The notes: generated by a model from the letters alone, not told the origin. Counted from the stretch's first letter, positions 32,236-42,544 are shown. The stretch is 64,000 bases of DNA from an uncultured bacterium (GCA_963695095.1 CAVOFT010000001.1:3168001-3232000); one strand, 5' to 3'. Made by a program: numbers and translations.

Positions 32236-33030
32236 TCAGTCGCTTTGGCGGGCGAGCCATTCGTCGAGCTGAGCGAAGAAGTCCACGCGTGCAAACCGCT
32301 CCCGCCAGGGGTAGTGGCCGCAGCGCGCGAACTCCCGGTACTCGAGCTGGGGCAGATAGGGAAGCAGGCTGTCTCGAATCAAGGGCCCGGGGTGGGGATC
32401 CTCCGCGCCGTGCAGCATGAGCACGGGACAGCGAATCACGGCGAAAGCGGCGGGATAGACGCCCGCCGCCTGCAGGCGCAGCATATCGGCCCAGGTATCG
32501 GCGTGGGCGCGCGCATCGAGCGCAGCGTGACTGGTCTCGGGGACCAGATCGACGCCGAAGGCCCTGTCGAAGCGCTCGGCCTTGGCGAGGAGCCGCCTTT
32601 CGGGATCGGCCTCGTCGCGCTCCAGGGCCGCGAGCTCGGCGAGAAAGCCCTGGCCGCCGCGCCGCTCGAGCGCGAGCAGGTACTCCCCGCGCGCAGCTCG
32701 ATCGAAGGTGCCACAGCCGACGAGGACCAGAGGGCCGAAGGCTTCGGGATCGGCGGCGGCCGCGGCCAGGGCCAGCATGGCGCCCCAGGAGTGACCAACG
32801 AGGGCCGGCCGCTCGCCCGGGCACTCGGCGGCGGCGAGCGCCCGCAGATCCGCCACGTGCTGATCGACGGTGAGCGGACCGCCGTCCTCCGCGCCGCGCT
32901 GCCAGGGCTCGAGCACGCGGAAGCTCGCGGCGAGACCGCGGGCGAGCCCCGACGCCGAGCCCCGCGCGCCGGGCCCGCCGTGGAGCACGATCAGGTGGGG
33001 TCCGGCCTCGCCGTGGCGATCGAGTCTCAA
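32236..33030 (-). CDS. Alpha/beta hydrolase (proline iminopeptidase-like)
   Basis: LHGGPG, GHSWG nucleophile elbow, HGAEDP, CGHYPW. Confidence 0.88.
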   Translation of the reverse strand: MRLDRHGEAGPHLIVLHGGPGARGSASGLARGLAASFRVLEPWQRGAEDGGPLTVDQHVADLRALAAAECPGERPALVGHSWGAMLALAAAAADPEAFGPLVLVGCGTFDRAARGEYLLALERRGGQGFLAELAALERDEADPERRLLAKAERFDRAFGVDLVPETSHAALDARAHADTWADMLRLQAAGVYPAAFAVIRCPVLMLHGAEDPHPGPLIRDSLLPYLPQLEYREFARCGHYPWRERFARVDFFAQLDEWLARQSD

Positions 33031-33323
33031 CGCAGGTCCAGCTCGATCCCGCCCACGAGCCGCGCCAGCCCGTTGTAGATGGCCGAGCCCACCACGCCGA
33101 TCAGGAAACCCAGCGCTCCGTAGAGCAGCGGCATCATGATCAGCGCGCCCAGGCCCAGGAAGGCGGCCACGAAGGGGCCGGGCAGGTTCTTGTCCGCGAG
33201 GGCGGCGAAGAGGCCCAGCGTGGCGAAGAGCGAGACGAAGCAGCCGGCGATGAAGCCGATGCAGGCATAGAGCAGGGCAAGCACCTTGCCGGCCGACAGC
33301 ACGCCGATGCGCTTGAGGACCAT
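33027..33323 (-). CDS. Small two-TM membrane protein (DUF3566-like)
   Basis: MVLKRIGVLSAGK...IYNGLARLVGGIELDL. Confidence 0.75.
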   Translation of the reverse strand: MVLKRIGVLSAGKVLALLYACIGFIAGCFVSLFATLGLFAALADKNLPGPFVAAFLGLGALIMMPLLYGALGFLIGVVGSAIYNGLARLVGGIELDLR

Positions 33324-33442
33324 GATCGCCTCCGGGCTTGGGGTCTGGGAAGATCTCTGGATCGGAACGCCCACTCTACAGGCGGAGGGCCCTCCGATTC
33401 AAAGGCCCAGGCAGGCGTGGATGGCATCGAAAGCCCGGGACA

Positions 33443-34873
33443 TCACTCGCGTGAGGCGCCTCTCGCCTTGGCCGCCCGCCCGGCCGGGGCCAGGCCGCAG
33501 GCGGCGAGCAGGGCGGGCACGTCGGCCACCGGTTGCACGGCGCCGGCCGGCAGATCCTTGCCGAGGGTGGCCGTGGCCGCCACGAGCACGCGCTCGAAGC
33601 CCAGGCGCAGGGCCTCGTGGCAGCGCTCTTCCAGATGGCTGCCCGGGCGCAGGTTGCCGCGCAGGCCCACTTCGCCGAGCACGAGCGTGGCGTCCGGTAG
33701 CGACCGGCCGGCGAAGCCCGAGGCCAGGGCCAGCAGCAGCGCGGCGTCCGTGGCCGGGTCGTCCAGGCGCAGGCCGCCGGCCACGCTGACGAAGAGGTCG
33801 CTGCCGCCGAGTTCGAGACCCGCGCTCCTCTCGAGCACGGCGACGAGCAGGGAGACCCGCCGCGGGTCCACGCCCTGCACCACGCGCGCCGGCGTGCCGT
33901 AGCGCGGCGCGCTCACCAGGGTCTGTAGCTCCACGGCCAGGGGCCGCGTGCCCGTGAAGGTGACGGTGACGGCCGAGCCCAGCTCGCCCTTCAGATGCCG
34001 GCCGCCGAGGAAGCCGGCCGGGTCCTCGACCGCGATGAGGCCGGCGCCGGTCATCTCGAAGAGGGCGATCTCGTGCGTGGGGCCAAAGCGGTTCTTCACC
34101 GCGCGCAGGATGCGGCCCAGGCCCGCCTCCTCGCCCTCGAAGTAGAAGACGGCGTCCACCATGTGCTCGAGCAGGCGCGGGCCGGCGATCTGGCCCTCCT
34201 TGGTGACGTGGCCGATGAGCACCAGCGGAAAGCCGCGCTCCTTGGCCGCGCGGCTGAGCACCTGCGTGACGTGGCGCACCTGCGTGACCGAACCCGTGGC
34301 GGCCTCGAGCTCGGCGTCGCCAAGGGTCTGCACGGAGTCGAGCACGACCAGCGCCGGCGCGAGCTGCTCGATGGCCGCCAGCACCGGCGCCAGCTCGGTG
34401 GCGGCCAGGAAGTAGAGGGCCGGCGCGAGGGCGCCCAGGCGCTCGGCGCGCAGGCGCACCTGGCCGGGGCTCTCCTCGCCGCTCACGTAGAGCACGGGCT
34501 GGCGGCTCACGCCGGCCATGGCCTGCGCAGCCTGGAGCAGCAGGGTGGACTTGCCGATGCCGGGGTCGCCGCCCACCAGCAGCACGGAACCCGGCACGAA
34601 GCCGCCGCCGAGGACGCGGTCCAGTTCGGGAATGCCGCTGGCCAGGCGGCGGCTGGCGTCCAGGGGCAGCTCGGCCAGGGGGCGGGGCACCGCCGCGGGG
34701 CCGATCGTCGCCTGCACGGCGCTGCGCGGGCCACGGGCGGCGGCCTCCTTGCCGATCACGCGGGCCAGCTCGGTGAGGCTGTCCCAGGCGCCGCAGTGCG
34801 GGCAGCGGCCCAGCCAGGTGGCGCTCTCGGTGCCGCACTCCTTGCAGAGGAAACGCGTGTTCTTTCTGGCCAT
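33443..34873 (-). CDS. radA: DNA repair protein RadA/Sms
   Basis: CKEC..CPHC zinc finger, GDPGIGKST, KNRFG, Lon-like C-terminus. Confidence 0.97.
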   Translation of the reverse strand: MARKNTRFLCKECGTESATWLGRCPHCGAWDSLTELARVIGKEAAARGPRSAVQATIGPAAVPRPLAELPLDASRRLASGIPELDRVLGGGFVPGSVLLVGGDPGIGKSTLLLQAAQAMAGVSRQPVLYVSGEESPGQVRLRAERLGALAPALYFLAATELAPVLAAIEQLAPALVVLDSVQTLGDAELEAATGSVTQVRHVTQVLSRAAKERGFPLVLIGHVTKEGQIAGPRLLEHMVDAVFYFEGEEAGLGRILRAVKNRFGPTHEIALFEMTGAGLIAVEDPAGFLGGRHLKGELGSAVTVTFTGTRPLAVELQTLVSAPRYGTPARVVQGVDPRRVSLLVAVLERSAGLELGGSDLFVSVAGGLRLDDPATDAALLLALASGFAGRSLPDATLVLGEVGLRGNLRPGSHLEERCHEALRLGFERVLVAATATLGKDLPAGAVQPVADVPALLAACGLAPAGRAAKARGASRE

Positions 34874-35002
34874 GGGCACATCCTAGCACAGGCGCGCGCG
34901 CAGGGAACAGGGACCTCGCTTGCCCGCATGGCGCGCGGGCTGCTATCCTACCGGGGTCACGGCCCCGGGCTCCTGCCCGGCGGCCCTCTCGAGAGATCGT
35001 GG

Positions 35003-37636
35003 ATGCCGACGAGCAAGCCGACGCGCCCCCCTCACCGCCGGCTCGCGACCCGGGCCCTCCGGATCGCGCTGGGCATTGCCTTGCTCGGCAGCCTCTGGCT
35101 CGGCCCTGCCGGGCGCGCCGCCGCCCTGCCCCCGCACAGCGAGCAGCATCCGCGCCTGCTCTTCGGCGCCGGCGAGGAGGCCGCCCTCTACGCGGATATC
35201 CAGGCGGATCCAGTGCGCGCGCAGGTCTGGCAGGAGGCCCGAAACGGGGCCTTCGTGCTCGTCACCTGGGATCCCGCCACCCTGCTCGACTACTACTATG
35301 GCTACACCTACATCGAGCAGCTGTCGCTGCTGTCGACACTGGATCCCGGGCCGGCCGCCCTCGACGATGCCCGCGCCGTCATCGATGCGCTCATCTGGCA
35401 GTGCGATACCTACGACGTCGAGCTGGACGGCTTCCTGGCCACGCTCGCGCCGACCCTGCGCCTGCACAACCTGGCCTGGGGCTACGACCTCGCCGGCTGG
35501 GCGGCCACCGAGCCCGAGCGCGAGCAGATCGCCGACGAGATGCTGCTCTACCTCGGCGTCATGGCCACGGACTTCGAGTTCACGCGCTTCCTCTACAACC
35601 CCTACGTCAGCAACAAGGGCATCTCGATCGGGGCGATGATGATGCTCGCCGTGCTCGCCCTCGACGCGGACCTGCCGGGCAGCCCGGAGCTGGCCGCGGC
35701 CCGCGCCGCCGCCGAGCAGTACCTGGGCTTCGGGCTCGGCCAGATGTACAGCGCCGACGGCATCTACCGCGAGGGCCTGGGCTATCAGGTCTGGGCGATG
35801 CGCACGCTGCTGCCCACCTGGCGCGCGCTGGATCGCCTCGAGGGCCGGCCCTGGGATCCCGCCTTGCTCGAGGGGGTGCTCGAGGCCGTGGCCTACCAGA
35901 GCCTGGAGCTGGGCGGGGGGCGCTTCCTCAACCGGAACGACCACAACACGCAGGACTTCATCGTCGGCCGCCACCACAGCCTCTTCGAGTTCGGCACCCG
36001 CTTCGCCCCCGATCCCGACTTCGCGCGCTGGCTCCTGCGCCGCGCCTCGGGCGATCTCGGCCACGGCTGGGGCTTCTTCAGCGACCCCGTCGCCACCCTG
36101 CTCTGGCACGCGAGCGGAGCGGAAAAGGCTCCCGCGCTGCCCGCCAGCCGCTTCTTCGCCGAGGCGGGCTTCTGGGTGCACCGGGTCGGCTGGCCGGGTG
36201 ATCCGCTGCCCGAGACCTTCATGGTCACGCTCGAGGCCTGCGAGTTCCGCGGCGGGCACTATCAGGAGGACGTCGGCCAGTTCACCCTGCGCGCCTTCGG
36301 TCACGGCTTCGCGCTGGACAACGGCGCCGGCAATCCGGCCAAGGAGACGCGGGCGCACAACCTGCCCGTGGTCGGCGGGCGCGGGCAGCACAATGCGGGC
36401 AGCTCCATCGGCACGGACGGCAAGCTGCGCCGCGCGATCGCCGGCCCCCGCTGGGAGCTGCTGCGCGCCGACATGACGGCGGCCTACAGCACCTACTCGC
36501 CCTTCAACGCGCCGGACTGGCCGCTGGAGGGCATCGACTGGTCCTGGGGCTACGACGGCGGCAATCCCATGCGCCGCGCGCTGCGCGAGCTGCTGCTCCT
36601 CGCCGGCGCGCCGGGCGAGCCGCCCACGGTCTTCCTGCGCGATCGCCTGGAGCCCGAGCCCGCCGCGCTGCAGCGCATCGACTGGCGCGTGCATATGGAT
36701 CAGGATCTCGCCATCGCGCAGAGTGCACCCGGCCTCTGGTACGCCGCGGGCGCGAATGGCAGCCTGCGCCTGCAGCTCCACGGCGCGGAGGCGGCGCTCG
36801 TCGACTGGGGCGAGAGCCTCTTCGACAACCAGAACGTGGATCCCGATAGCCGCGTCTTCACGGCGGGGCTGACGGCCACCCAGGCGGACTTCCTCTGGCA
36901 GCTCACGCCGCTGGCGCCGGGCGCGGCCGAGCCGGTGGTGGTCTCCGAGAACCTCCTCGACGGCCGGCGCCTCGTGATCACGGACGGCGCCCGCGAGCGC
37001 AGGCTGCTGGTCGCGGCCGGCGAGCGGCCCTTCATCGTGGATGACACGCTGCTGGAGGGCGACTGGGGTTTGATCGAGCGCGAGGGCGCGGCCACGCGCA
37101 CCCTGCTCGTGGACGGCACGCGGCTCGTCGAGAGCGGCACGCCGCTCATCGAGCTCAGCGCGCGCGCCTCGGCCGGCTGCGAGGGCGACACGGTGCGCCT
37201 GTCCTGCTACGTGCCGGTGTTCCGCATCTGGGCGCCGGAGGCGGTGGCGGTGCTCGCGGCCGATAGCCCGGTGGCCTTCGGGCGCGATGGTGAGTACGTC
37301 TACGGACCCCCGCCCGCGGAAGAGCCGCCGCCTGCCGGCGCCAACGAGAGTGCTCGCCTGCGCGCCTGGCCCAATCCGAGCAGCGCTCCCGTGCAGTTCG
37401 CACTCGCGCCATCGGCCACGGGCCCCCTGCGCCTGGAGATCTTCGACCTCCGCGGCCGGCGCCTCTGCGCGCGCATGATCGATGCCGGCCTCGGCGCCGG
37501 CAGCGACGAGGAGCGCGCGCTGAGCTGGTCGGGCTGCGACGAGGAGGGCGAGCCCGTGCCCAGCGGCGTCTACCTCGCCCGCGCCACGGCGGGCGGCGCC
37601 AGCACGAGCACGAAGTTCGTGCTCCTTAGGCGCTAA
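35003..37636 (+). CDS. Secreted heparinase II/III-like (DUF4962-type) lyase with FlgD-Ig/T9SS-like CTD
   Basis: Signal peptide, HPRLLF, DGIYREGLGY, GHYQEDVGQF, AHNL; WPNP...SGVYLAR...KFVLLRR. Confidence 0.75.
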   Translation: MPTSKPTRPPHRRLATRALRIALGIALLGSLWLGPAGRAAALPPHSEQHPRLLFGAGEEAALYADIQADPVRAQVWQEARNGAFVLVTWDPATLLDYYYGYTYIEQLSLLSTLDPGPAALDDARAVIDALIWQCDTYDVELDGFLATLAPTLRLHNLAWGYDLAGWAATEPEREQIADEMLLYLGVMATDFEFTRFLYNPYVSNKGISIGAMMMLAVLALDADLPGSPELAAARAAAEQYLGFGLGQMYSADGIYREGLGYQVWAMRTLLPTWRALDRLEGRPWDPALLEGVLEAVAYQSLELGGGRFLNRNDHNTQDFIVGRHHSLFEFGTRFAPDPDFARWLLRRASGDLGHGWGFFSDPVATLLWHASGAEKAPALPASRFFAEAGFWVHRVGWPGDPLPETFMVTLEACEFRGGHYQEDVGQFTLRAFGHGFALDNGAGNPAKETRAHNLPVVGGRGQHNAGSSIGTDGKLRRAIAGPRWELLRADMTAAYSTYSPFNAPDWPLEGIDWSWGYDGGNPMRRALRELLLLAGAPGEPPTVFLRDRLEPEPAALQRIDWRVHMDQDLAIAQSAPGLWYAAGANGSLRLQLHGAEAALVDWGESLFDNQNVDPDSRVFTAGLTATQADFLWQLTPLAPGAAEPVVVSENLLDGRRLVITDGARERRLLVAAGERPFIVDDTLLEGDWGLIEREGAATRTLLVDGTRLVESGTPLIELSARASAGCEGDTVRLSCYVPVFRIWAPEAVAVLAADSPVAFGRDGEYVYGPPPAEEPPPAGANESARLRAWPNPSSAPVQFALAPSATGPLRLEIFDLRGRRLCARMIDAGLGAGSDEERALSWSGCDEEGEPVPSGVYLARATAGGASTSTKFVLLRR

Positions 37637-37718
37637 CTTCCCGATGCTGTGAGCTCGAAGAGAGCCTAGCACCAACTCCGGAGTCGGCGTGGACGAAGGG
37701 GGAAGGTCAGCCGACGAC

Positions 37719-39236
37719 TCAATTGGCGGGGTTGCCCTCGGGATCGACCTTCATCAACAGCAGATCGCCGTCGGCGGAGCCGGTGATGAGGATGCCTCCG
37801 TCCACAGACTCGATGACACCCCAGGCCTGCCCAAACCCCCAGTCCGCGTAGACGCGGTGCCAGAGCGGGTCGCCGGTTGCAGCGAGTCTCACGATCGCCG
37901 GCTCGCCACCAGGGTACTCTGGAGAGCGACCGGCCACAATGAATCCGCCATCGGCACTGGCCGTGGCCGCGTGGGGACGGAAATCCCACTGCTCGTAGAC
38001 TCGATGCCAGGGGATCGATCCGGCCTGGAAACCATAGGGACGATTTCCGTAAGCGGTGGCGCTAAACGTGCCGAACAGCAGGTAGCCATTGCCGGGCGCA
38101 GGCTGGAAGTCGCTGGTCTGGAAGACGCTCTCCGAGGAGTGATTCCAGTTATAGAGTGGGCGGCTAGTGCCTACGACGTTGCCATTGGCGTCATACTCCA
38201 CGAGCCAGACGGCCTGGTAATAGGAACCATCACCCCCAGTGTCGTAGGTGCTTGCTGCGAGGCTGCGGCCGCTCGCCAAGGGAATGATGCCGATGAGGAG
38301 GTCGGAGGTTTCAAAACGAGGCTCGTCGGCTGCATCGTGGTAGAATCCGGGACCATCCTCGAGGCTTTCCCAGCGCGGCGCCCCCAGCGAGTCCAGGCGC
38401 GCCAGATAGAGATCGTCGTGCCAGTACTCGCCACCGAAGGAGTCGATGTCCAGGCGGCGCACGCTCCCACCGAGCAGGATATCCCCGTCCGGCAGCACCG
38501 CCACGCGGGGCAAGTGATCCGCCTTGATGCCACCGTAGTTCCGACCCCAGATCGGCAGGCCGGTGGCGTCGATCTCCACCAGGAAGAGGTCGCTCTCGCC
38601 CAGACCCCAGGACTCCACCGTGCCCGCGATGAAGTAGCCACCCGCGGGGTTCGCGACACCGTGCAGGCCGACCTCGTCCTCAGGACCGCCGATCGTGCGC
38701 TGCCACTCCTCGTTGCCATCGGCATCCGTCTTGATCAGCCAGATGTCGCTGCCGCCGCTGCCGAAGGATGTGGTGCTGCCGACCACGAGGTAGCCGCCGC
38801 CGGGCGCGGCAATCAGATGATAGCCGATCTCGTAGCCCGATCCGCCAAAGACCCGCGTGAAAGCGGAGAGGTCGCTGGCCATCACCCGCAGCGTGAGCCG
38901 GGAGCTGAAGAATTCCGGGTAGTCCTCGCCCAGGTCCCAGCGGAATCCCCTGTCTTGCCCCGGTTCCACGCCGGCGCCGAAGTGGGGGGTCTCCATGCCG
39001 GGCAGGGGCAGAACGCTCTGGACGCTGAGGCTCCAGGTAGCGCCGCCGTCCACGCTGGCAGCGGCGGAAACCGCGACGGTCGCGTTGTCAGGGTCGACGA
39101 GATCGTAGATGACGGCGACCTGCTGACTGCCATCGCGCAACTGCGTGACGCGAACGTTGCTCACCGCCGGCGCAATGGCCTTCACCGGCAAAGGGCTTGC
39201 GGCGAGAACGGCTGCGATAATGAGCAGATGGCGCAT
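37719..39236 (-). CDS. Secreted protein with N-terminal Ig-like domain and beta-propeller-like repeats
   Basis: Signal peptide; repeats of the type GGYLVVG..S.G.G..DIWLIKTDADGNEEWQRTIGG. Confidence 0.75.
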   Translation of the reverse strand: MRHLLIIAAVLAASPLPVKAIAPAVSNVRVTQLRDGSQQVAVIYDLVDPDNATVAVSAAASVDGGATWSLSVQSVLPLPGMETPHFGAGVEPGQDRGFRWDLGEDYPEFFSSRLTLRVMASDLSAFTRVFGGSGYEIGYHLIAAPGGGYLVVGSTTSFGSGGSDIWLIKTDADGNEEWQRTIGGPEDEVGLHGVANPAGGYFIAGTVESWGLGESDLFLVEIDATGLPIWGRNYGGIKADHLPRVAVLPDGDILLGGSVRRLDIDSFGGEYWHDDLYLARLDSLGAPRWESLEDGPGFYHDAADEPRFETSDLLIGIIPLASGRSLAASTYDTGGDGSYYQAVWLVEYDANGNVVGTSRPLYNWNHSSESVFQTSDFQPAPGNGYLLFGTFSATAYGNRPYGFQAGSIPWHRVYEQWDFRPHAATASADGGFIVAGRSPEYPGGEPAIVRLAATGDPLWHRVYADWGFGQAWGVIESVDGGILITGSADGDLLLMKVDPEGNPAN

Positions 39237-39243
39237 GTCGCCC

Positions 39244-39957
39244 CTACTTCAGCAGGAGTGCCTTCAGGCTCTGCGTCCCGCCCGGGCACTCGAGTCGGGC
39301 TAGGTAGAGGCCGCTGCTCTGCCCGCGGGCATCCCATGGGCAGGAGTGCCAGCCGGCTGCCAGCGGCCCCGCATGCAGGATTTCGATTCTGCGGCCGCTG
39401 AGCTCGTGCACGGTGACCAGGGCCGATTGGGCCGCGGGCAGGTAGATGCGCAGAGTCGTCTGCGGATTGAACGGATTGGGAAAGCACTCCAATTGCGGAG
39501 TCATCGGAGGCGGCGGCACGTCCGTCCCATCGCCACTTCCGAAGACCGCAAAGCGACCGCTGGTTGCGCTCGCCGCATTGCCGAAGTAGTCGACGACCGA
39601 GACTGACCAGCGCGCGTCCAGGGTGAACAGCGGCCAGACATCGGCAAATCCCAGTGAGTAGTCGGAGCCCGGCTGTGGGGGCGGCGTCCATTCGGCGAAG
39701 AGTTCTTCGCCGTCGAGGAGACGGACAACGATCGGCGCTTGCAGGGGCGGCTCGTCGAAGTCGAGGCTGTCCTCGATCACGCGCCACTGGAGAGCGACGG
39801 ATTCACCGGCGCGGAGGGTGTCGCCGGCCATCGGGAAGATCAACTCGATCTCGGGTAGGCGAGTGTCTACCGCGCAGGGCGCGCCATCCCCCCAGCCCAC
39901 CGCCGCCATCGCGACACTGGGGATGATGATCCCGACGATTCCCAGAAGTCGGCGCAC
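39244..39957 (-). CDS. Secreted Ig-like protein with FlgD-Ig/T9SS-like CTD (start uncertain)
   Basis: Signal-like VRRLLGIVGIIIPSVAMA; FPNPFNP...SGLYLARL...KALLLK. Confidence 0.75.
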   Translation of the reverse strand: MRRLLGIVGIIIPSVAMAAVGWGDGAPCAVDTRLPEIELIFPMAGDTLRAGESVALQWRVIEDSLDFDEPPLQAPIVVRLLDGEELFAEWTPPPQPGSDYSLGFADVWPLFTLDARWSVSVVDYFGNAASATSGRFAVFGSGDGTDVPPPPMTPQLECFPNPFNPQTTLRIYLPAAQSALVTVHELSGRRIEILHAGPLAAGWHSCPWDARGQSSGLYLARLECPGGTQSLKALLLK

Positions 39958-40103
39958 CGGCCACCCCGCATGTACTCCAGCATCCCTGCGCAGACACAGT
40001 ATAGACGGCTCCGGCCTGGATGGCAAATCGCTCTGCCTTGCTCCACCTCCCGCCGAACTCGCGGCCGCAGGGCAATCCTCACTGGGGCGCCACGGCCTTC
40101 ACC

Positions 40104-40982
40104 CTAGAACAGCGAGAAGCTGACGAACTTCTTCGGGTTCGCCTTGACCTCGGCGATCAGGCTGTCCAGGCGACCCACGGTGCGCACCAATGAATCGTGC
40201 AGGGCGGGCGAGGCGAGCGCCTTGCCGAGGCTGCCCTCGCCGGCCTCGAGCCCTTCGCTGATTCGGCTCAGGCTCTGGGCGAGCCGCGACAGATCCGTCG
40301 CCAGCGAGTCGGCGCGCAGGGCGGCCTGGCCCAGGTCGGCCACGGTGCGGCTCACGGGCTCGGCATTCTCGTCCAGGAAGCGATCGAAGTTGGCGGTGAG
40401 GCCGTCCACGCGGGCGAGCACGGCGCGGGTCTGCGTGCGGCTCTCGGCCGTCCAGGCGCGCAGCTCGCGCACGCCGCCCTCGAGGTCGCCGGCCAGGCTG
40501 TCCAGGCGGCCGCCCCCGCTCACGCTGTCCAGCCGCGCGGCCAGCGACGACAGGCTGCCCACCAGCTCGGCGCCCTCGCGCATCAGCTGGGCGAAGTCCG
40601 CGCCGCTCTCGCCGCGCAAGCGCGCGCCGGCCTGCACGGCTGCCGTTTCGCGGCCGGGCACGACGCGCAGGGAGGTGGGATCGAAGAGGTCCGTCACCAG
40701 CAGCACGCGCGCATCGGCGCCGATGAAGGTGCCCTCCTCGATCTCGAGCCCCACGCGCACGCGGTCCTGCATCAGCTCCACGCTGCGCACCTTGCCGCGC
40801 ACGACGCCGAGGATCTCCACCGGCGCGCCCGGCTTGAGGCCCGCCACCTGCTCGAACTCCACCGTGAGCGGGAAGGTGGCCACGCTGAACTTGAACTCCT
40901 TGAGGAAGAGCAGCCAGGTGCTCGTGGCCACGATGGCCAGGATGACGAGCAGCCCCACCCGCAGTTCGACGTTGCTTCTCAC
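40104..40982 (-). CDS. mlaD: MCE/MlaD family protein
   Basis: N-terminal TM (ELRVGLLV), MCE domain (VAGLKPGAPVEILGVVRGKV), helical tail, GEGSLGK, NPKKFV. Confidence 0.9.
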   Translation of the reverse strand: MRSNVELRVGLLVILAIVATSTWLLFLKEFKFSVATFPLTVEFEQVAGLKPGAPVEILGVVRGKVRSVELMQDRVRVGLEIEEGTFIGADARVLLVTDLFDPTSLRVVPGRETAAVQAGARLRGESGADFAQLMREGAELVGSLSSLAARLDSVSGGGRLDSLAGDLEGGVRELRAWTAESRTQTRAVLARVDGLTANFDRFLDENAEPVSRTVADLGQAALRADSLATDLSRLAQSLSRISEGLEAGEGSLGKALASPALHDSLVRTVGRLDSLIAEVKANPKKFVSFSLF

Positions 40983-40991
40983 GTGGCCTCC

Positions 40992-41741
40992 CTAACGGAC
41001 CTTGATCGGCCCCTGGCTGCGTCCCTCGATGAACTGGCGCACGAAGGGGTCCTCCGTGGCGCCGAGCTCGGCGGGCGTGCCGGTGAAGATGATGCGCCCC
41101 TCGTAGAGCATGCTGACGCGGTCGGCGATCTTGGTGGCGCTGACCATGTCGTGGGTGACCACCACCGAGGTGATCGCCAGGCGCTTCTGCAGCTCGCGGA
41201 TGAGGTCGTTGATCACGTCCGCCATGATGGGATCGAGCCCCGTGGTCGGCTCGTCGTAGATGACCACGTCCGGGTCCATGGCGATGGCCCGCGCGAGCCC
41301 CACGCGCTTCTTCATGCCGCCCGACAGCTCGGCGGGCTTCTTGTCCTCGATGCCCTCGAGGCCCACCATCGCCAGGCGCTCGCGCACGATGGCGTCGATC
41401 TCCGCCGGCGGCCGCTTCGCGTGCTCGCGCAGGCCGAGGCCGACGTTCTCCCCCACGGTGAGCGAGTCGAAGAGCGCCGCGCCCTGGAAGAGATAGCCGA
41501 AGCGCTGGCGCAGGGCGTAGAGCGCTTCGCCCTTGAGGCCGGTGACCTCCTGGTCATCGAACTTGATGCTGCCCGCGTCGGGATGAATCAGGCCCAGGAG
41601 GTGCTTGACCAGCACGCTCTTGCCGCTGCCGCTCCTGCCGATGATGACCAGGGTCTCGCCGCGCACGATGTCCAGGTCCACGCCCTGCAGCACCGGCTGG
41701 CCGGCGAAGGTTTTGCAGAGCCCCCGCACGCGGATCATCAC
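40992..41741 (-). CDS. mlaF: MlaF-type ABC ATPase
   Basis: GRSGSGKS, FQGAALFDS, LSGGMKKRV, YDEPTTGLDP, VTHD. Confidence 0.93.
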   Translation of the reverse strand: MMIRVRGLCKTFAGQPVLQGVDLDIVRGETLVIIGRSGSGKSVLVKHLLGLIHPDAGSIKFDDQEVTGLKGEALYALRQRFGYLFQGAALFDSLTVGENVGLGLREHAKRPPAEIDAIVRERLAMVGLEGIEDKKPAELSGGMKKRVGLARAIAMDPDVVIYDEPTTGLDPIMADVINDLIRELQKRLAITSVVVTHDMVSATKIADRVSMLYEGRIIFTGTPAELGATEDPFVRQFIEGRSQGPIKVR

Positions 41742-42544
41742 TTGCCTCCGGCGAAGAGCATCTGGAAGAGCACCGCGGCCAGGAAGTAGTCGAGGACGAG
41801 GATCATCAGGCAGTTGGCGACCACGGCCTTCATCGTGGCGCGGCCGACGCCCTCGGCGCCGCCGCCCGCGCGCAGGCCGTAGAAGCTACCCGAGGCGGCG
41901 ATGATCATGCCGAAGAAGAGCGCCTTGGTCAGGCCGGCCACCAGGTCCTTCACGTAGAAGTTGAGCTTGACCCCCTCCATGAACAGGTGGTGGGTCATGC
42001 CGTCCACCGTGAGCATGGCGACGATGTAGGCGCCCCCCATGGCCAGCACGTTGGCCAGCGCCGTGATCACGGGCAGCATCAGGGTGGCCGCCCAGAAGCG
42101 CGGCAGCACCAGGTAGCGCACGGGGTCGATGGCCATGGCCTCGAGGGCGTCCACCTGCTCGGTCACCTTCATGGTGCCCAGCTCGGCGGCGATGGAGGCC
42201 GACACGCGCCCGCCCACGACGAGCGCCGTGAGCACCGGCCCCAGCTCGATGATCACCGAGCGGTGCACCGTGCTGCTGAGCAGGATGAGCGGCACCCAGG
42301 CCTGGAACTGGTAGCTGGCCTGCACGGCGGTGACAGCCCCGGTGAACACAGAGACGACGAAGACCAGCGGCATCGAGCGGTTGCCGATCTCGAGCATCTG
42401 ATCGAGGGTGAGCCGCCAGGTCTTGGGCAGCTGCGGCGTCACCTGCAACACGCGCCAGCTCAGGATGGCCCCGCCGCCGATCTCCTCGAGGAGGCCAAGC
42501 AGGCTCCGGCCCAGGTACTGGCTCGTCTGCAGAAGGGTGTTCAC
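41738..42544 (-). CDS. mlaE: MlaE-type ABC permease
   Basis: ELGPVLTALVVGGRV, AELGTMKVTEQVDALE, GGAEGVGRAT. Confidence 0.93.
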   Translation of the reverse strand: MNTLLQTSQYLGRSLLGLLEEIGGGAILSWRVLQVTPQLPKTWRLTLDQMLEIGNRSMPLVFVVSVFTGAVTAVQASYQFQAWVPLILLSSTVHRSVIIELGPVLTALVVGGRVSASIAAELGTMKVTEQVDALEAMAIDPVRYLVLPRFWAATLMLPVITALANVLAMGGAYIVAMLTVDGMTHHLFMEGVKLNFYVKDLVAGLTKALFFGMIIAASGSFYGLRAGGGAEGVGRATMKAVVANCLMILVLDYFLAAVLFQMLFAGGK

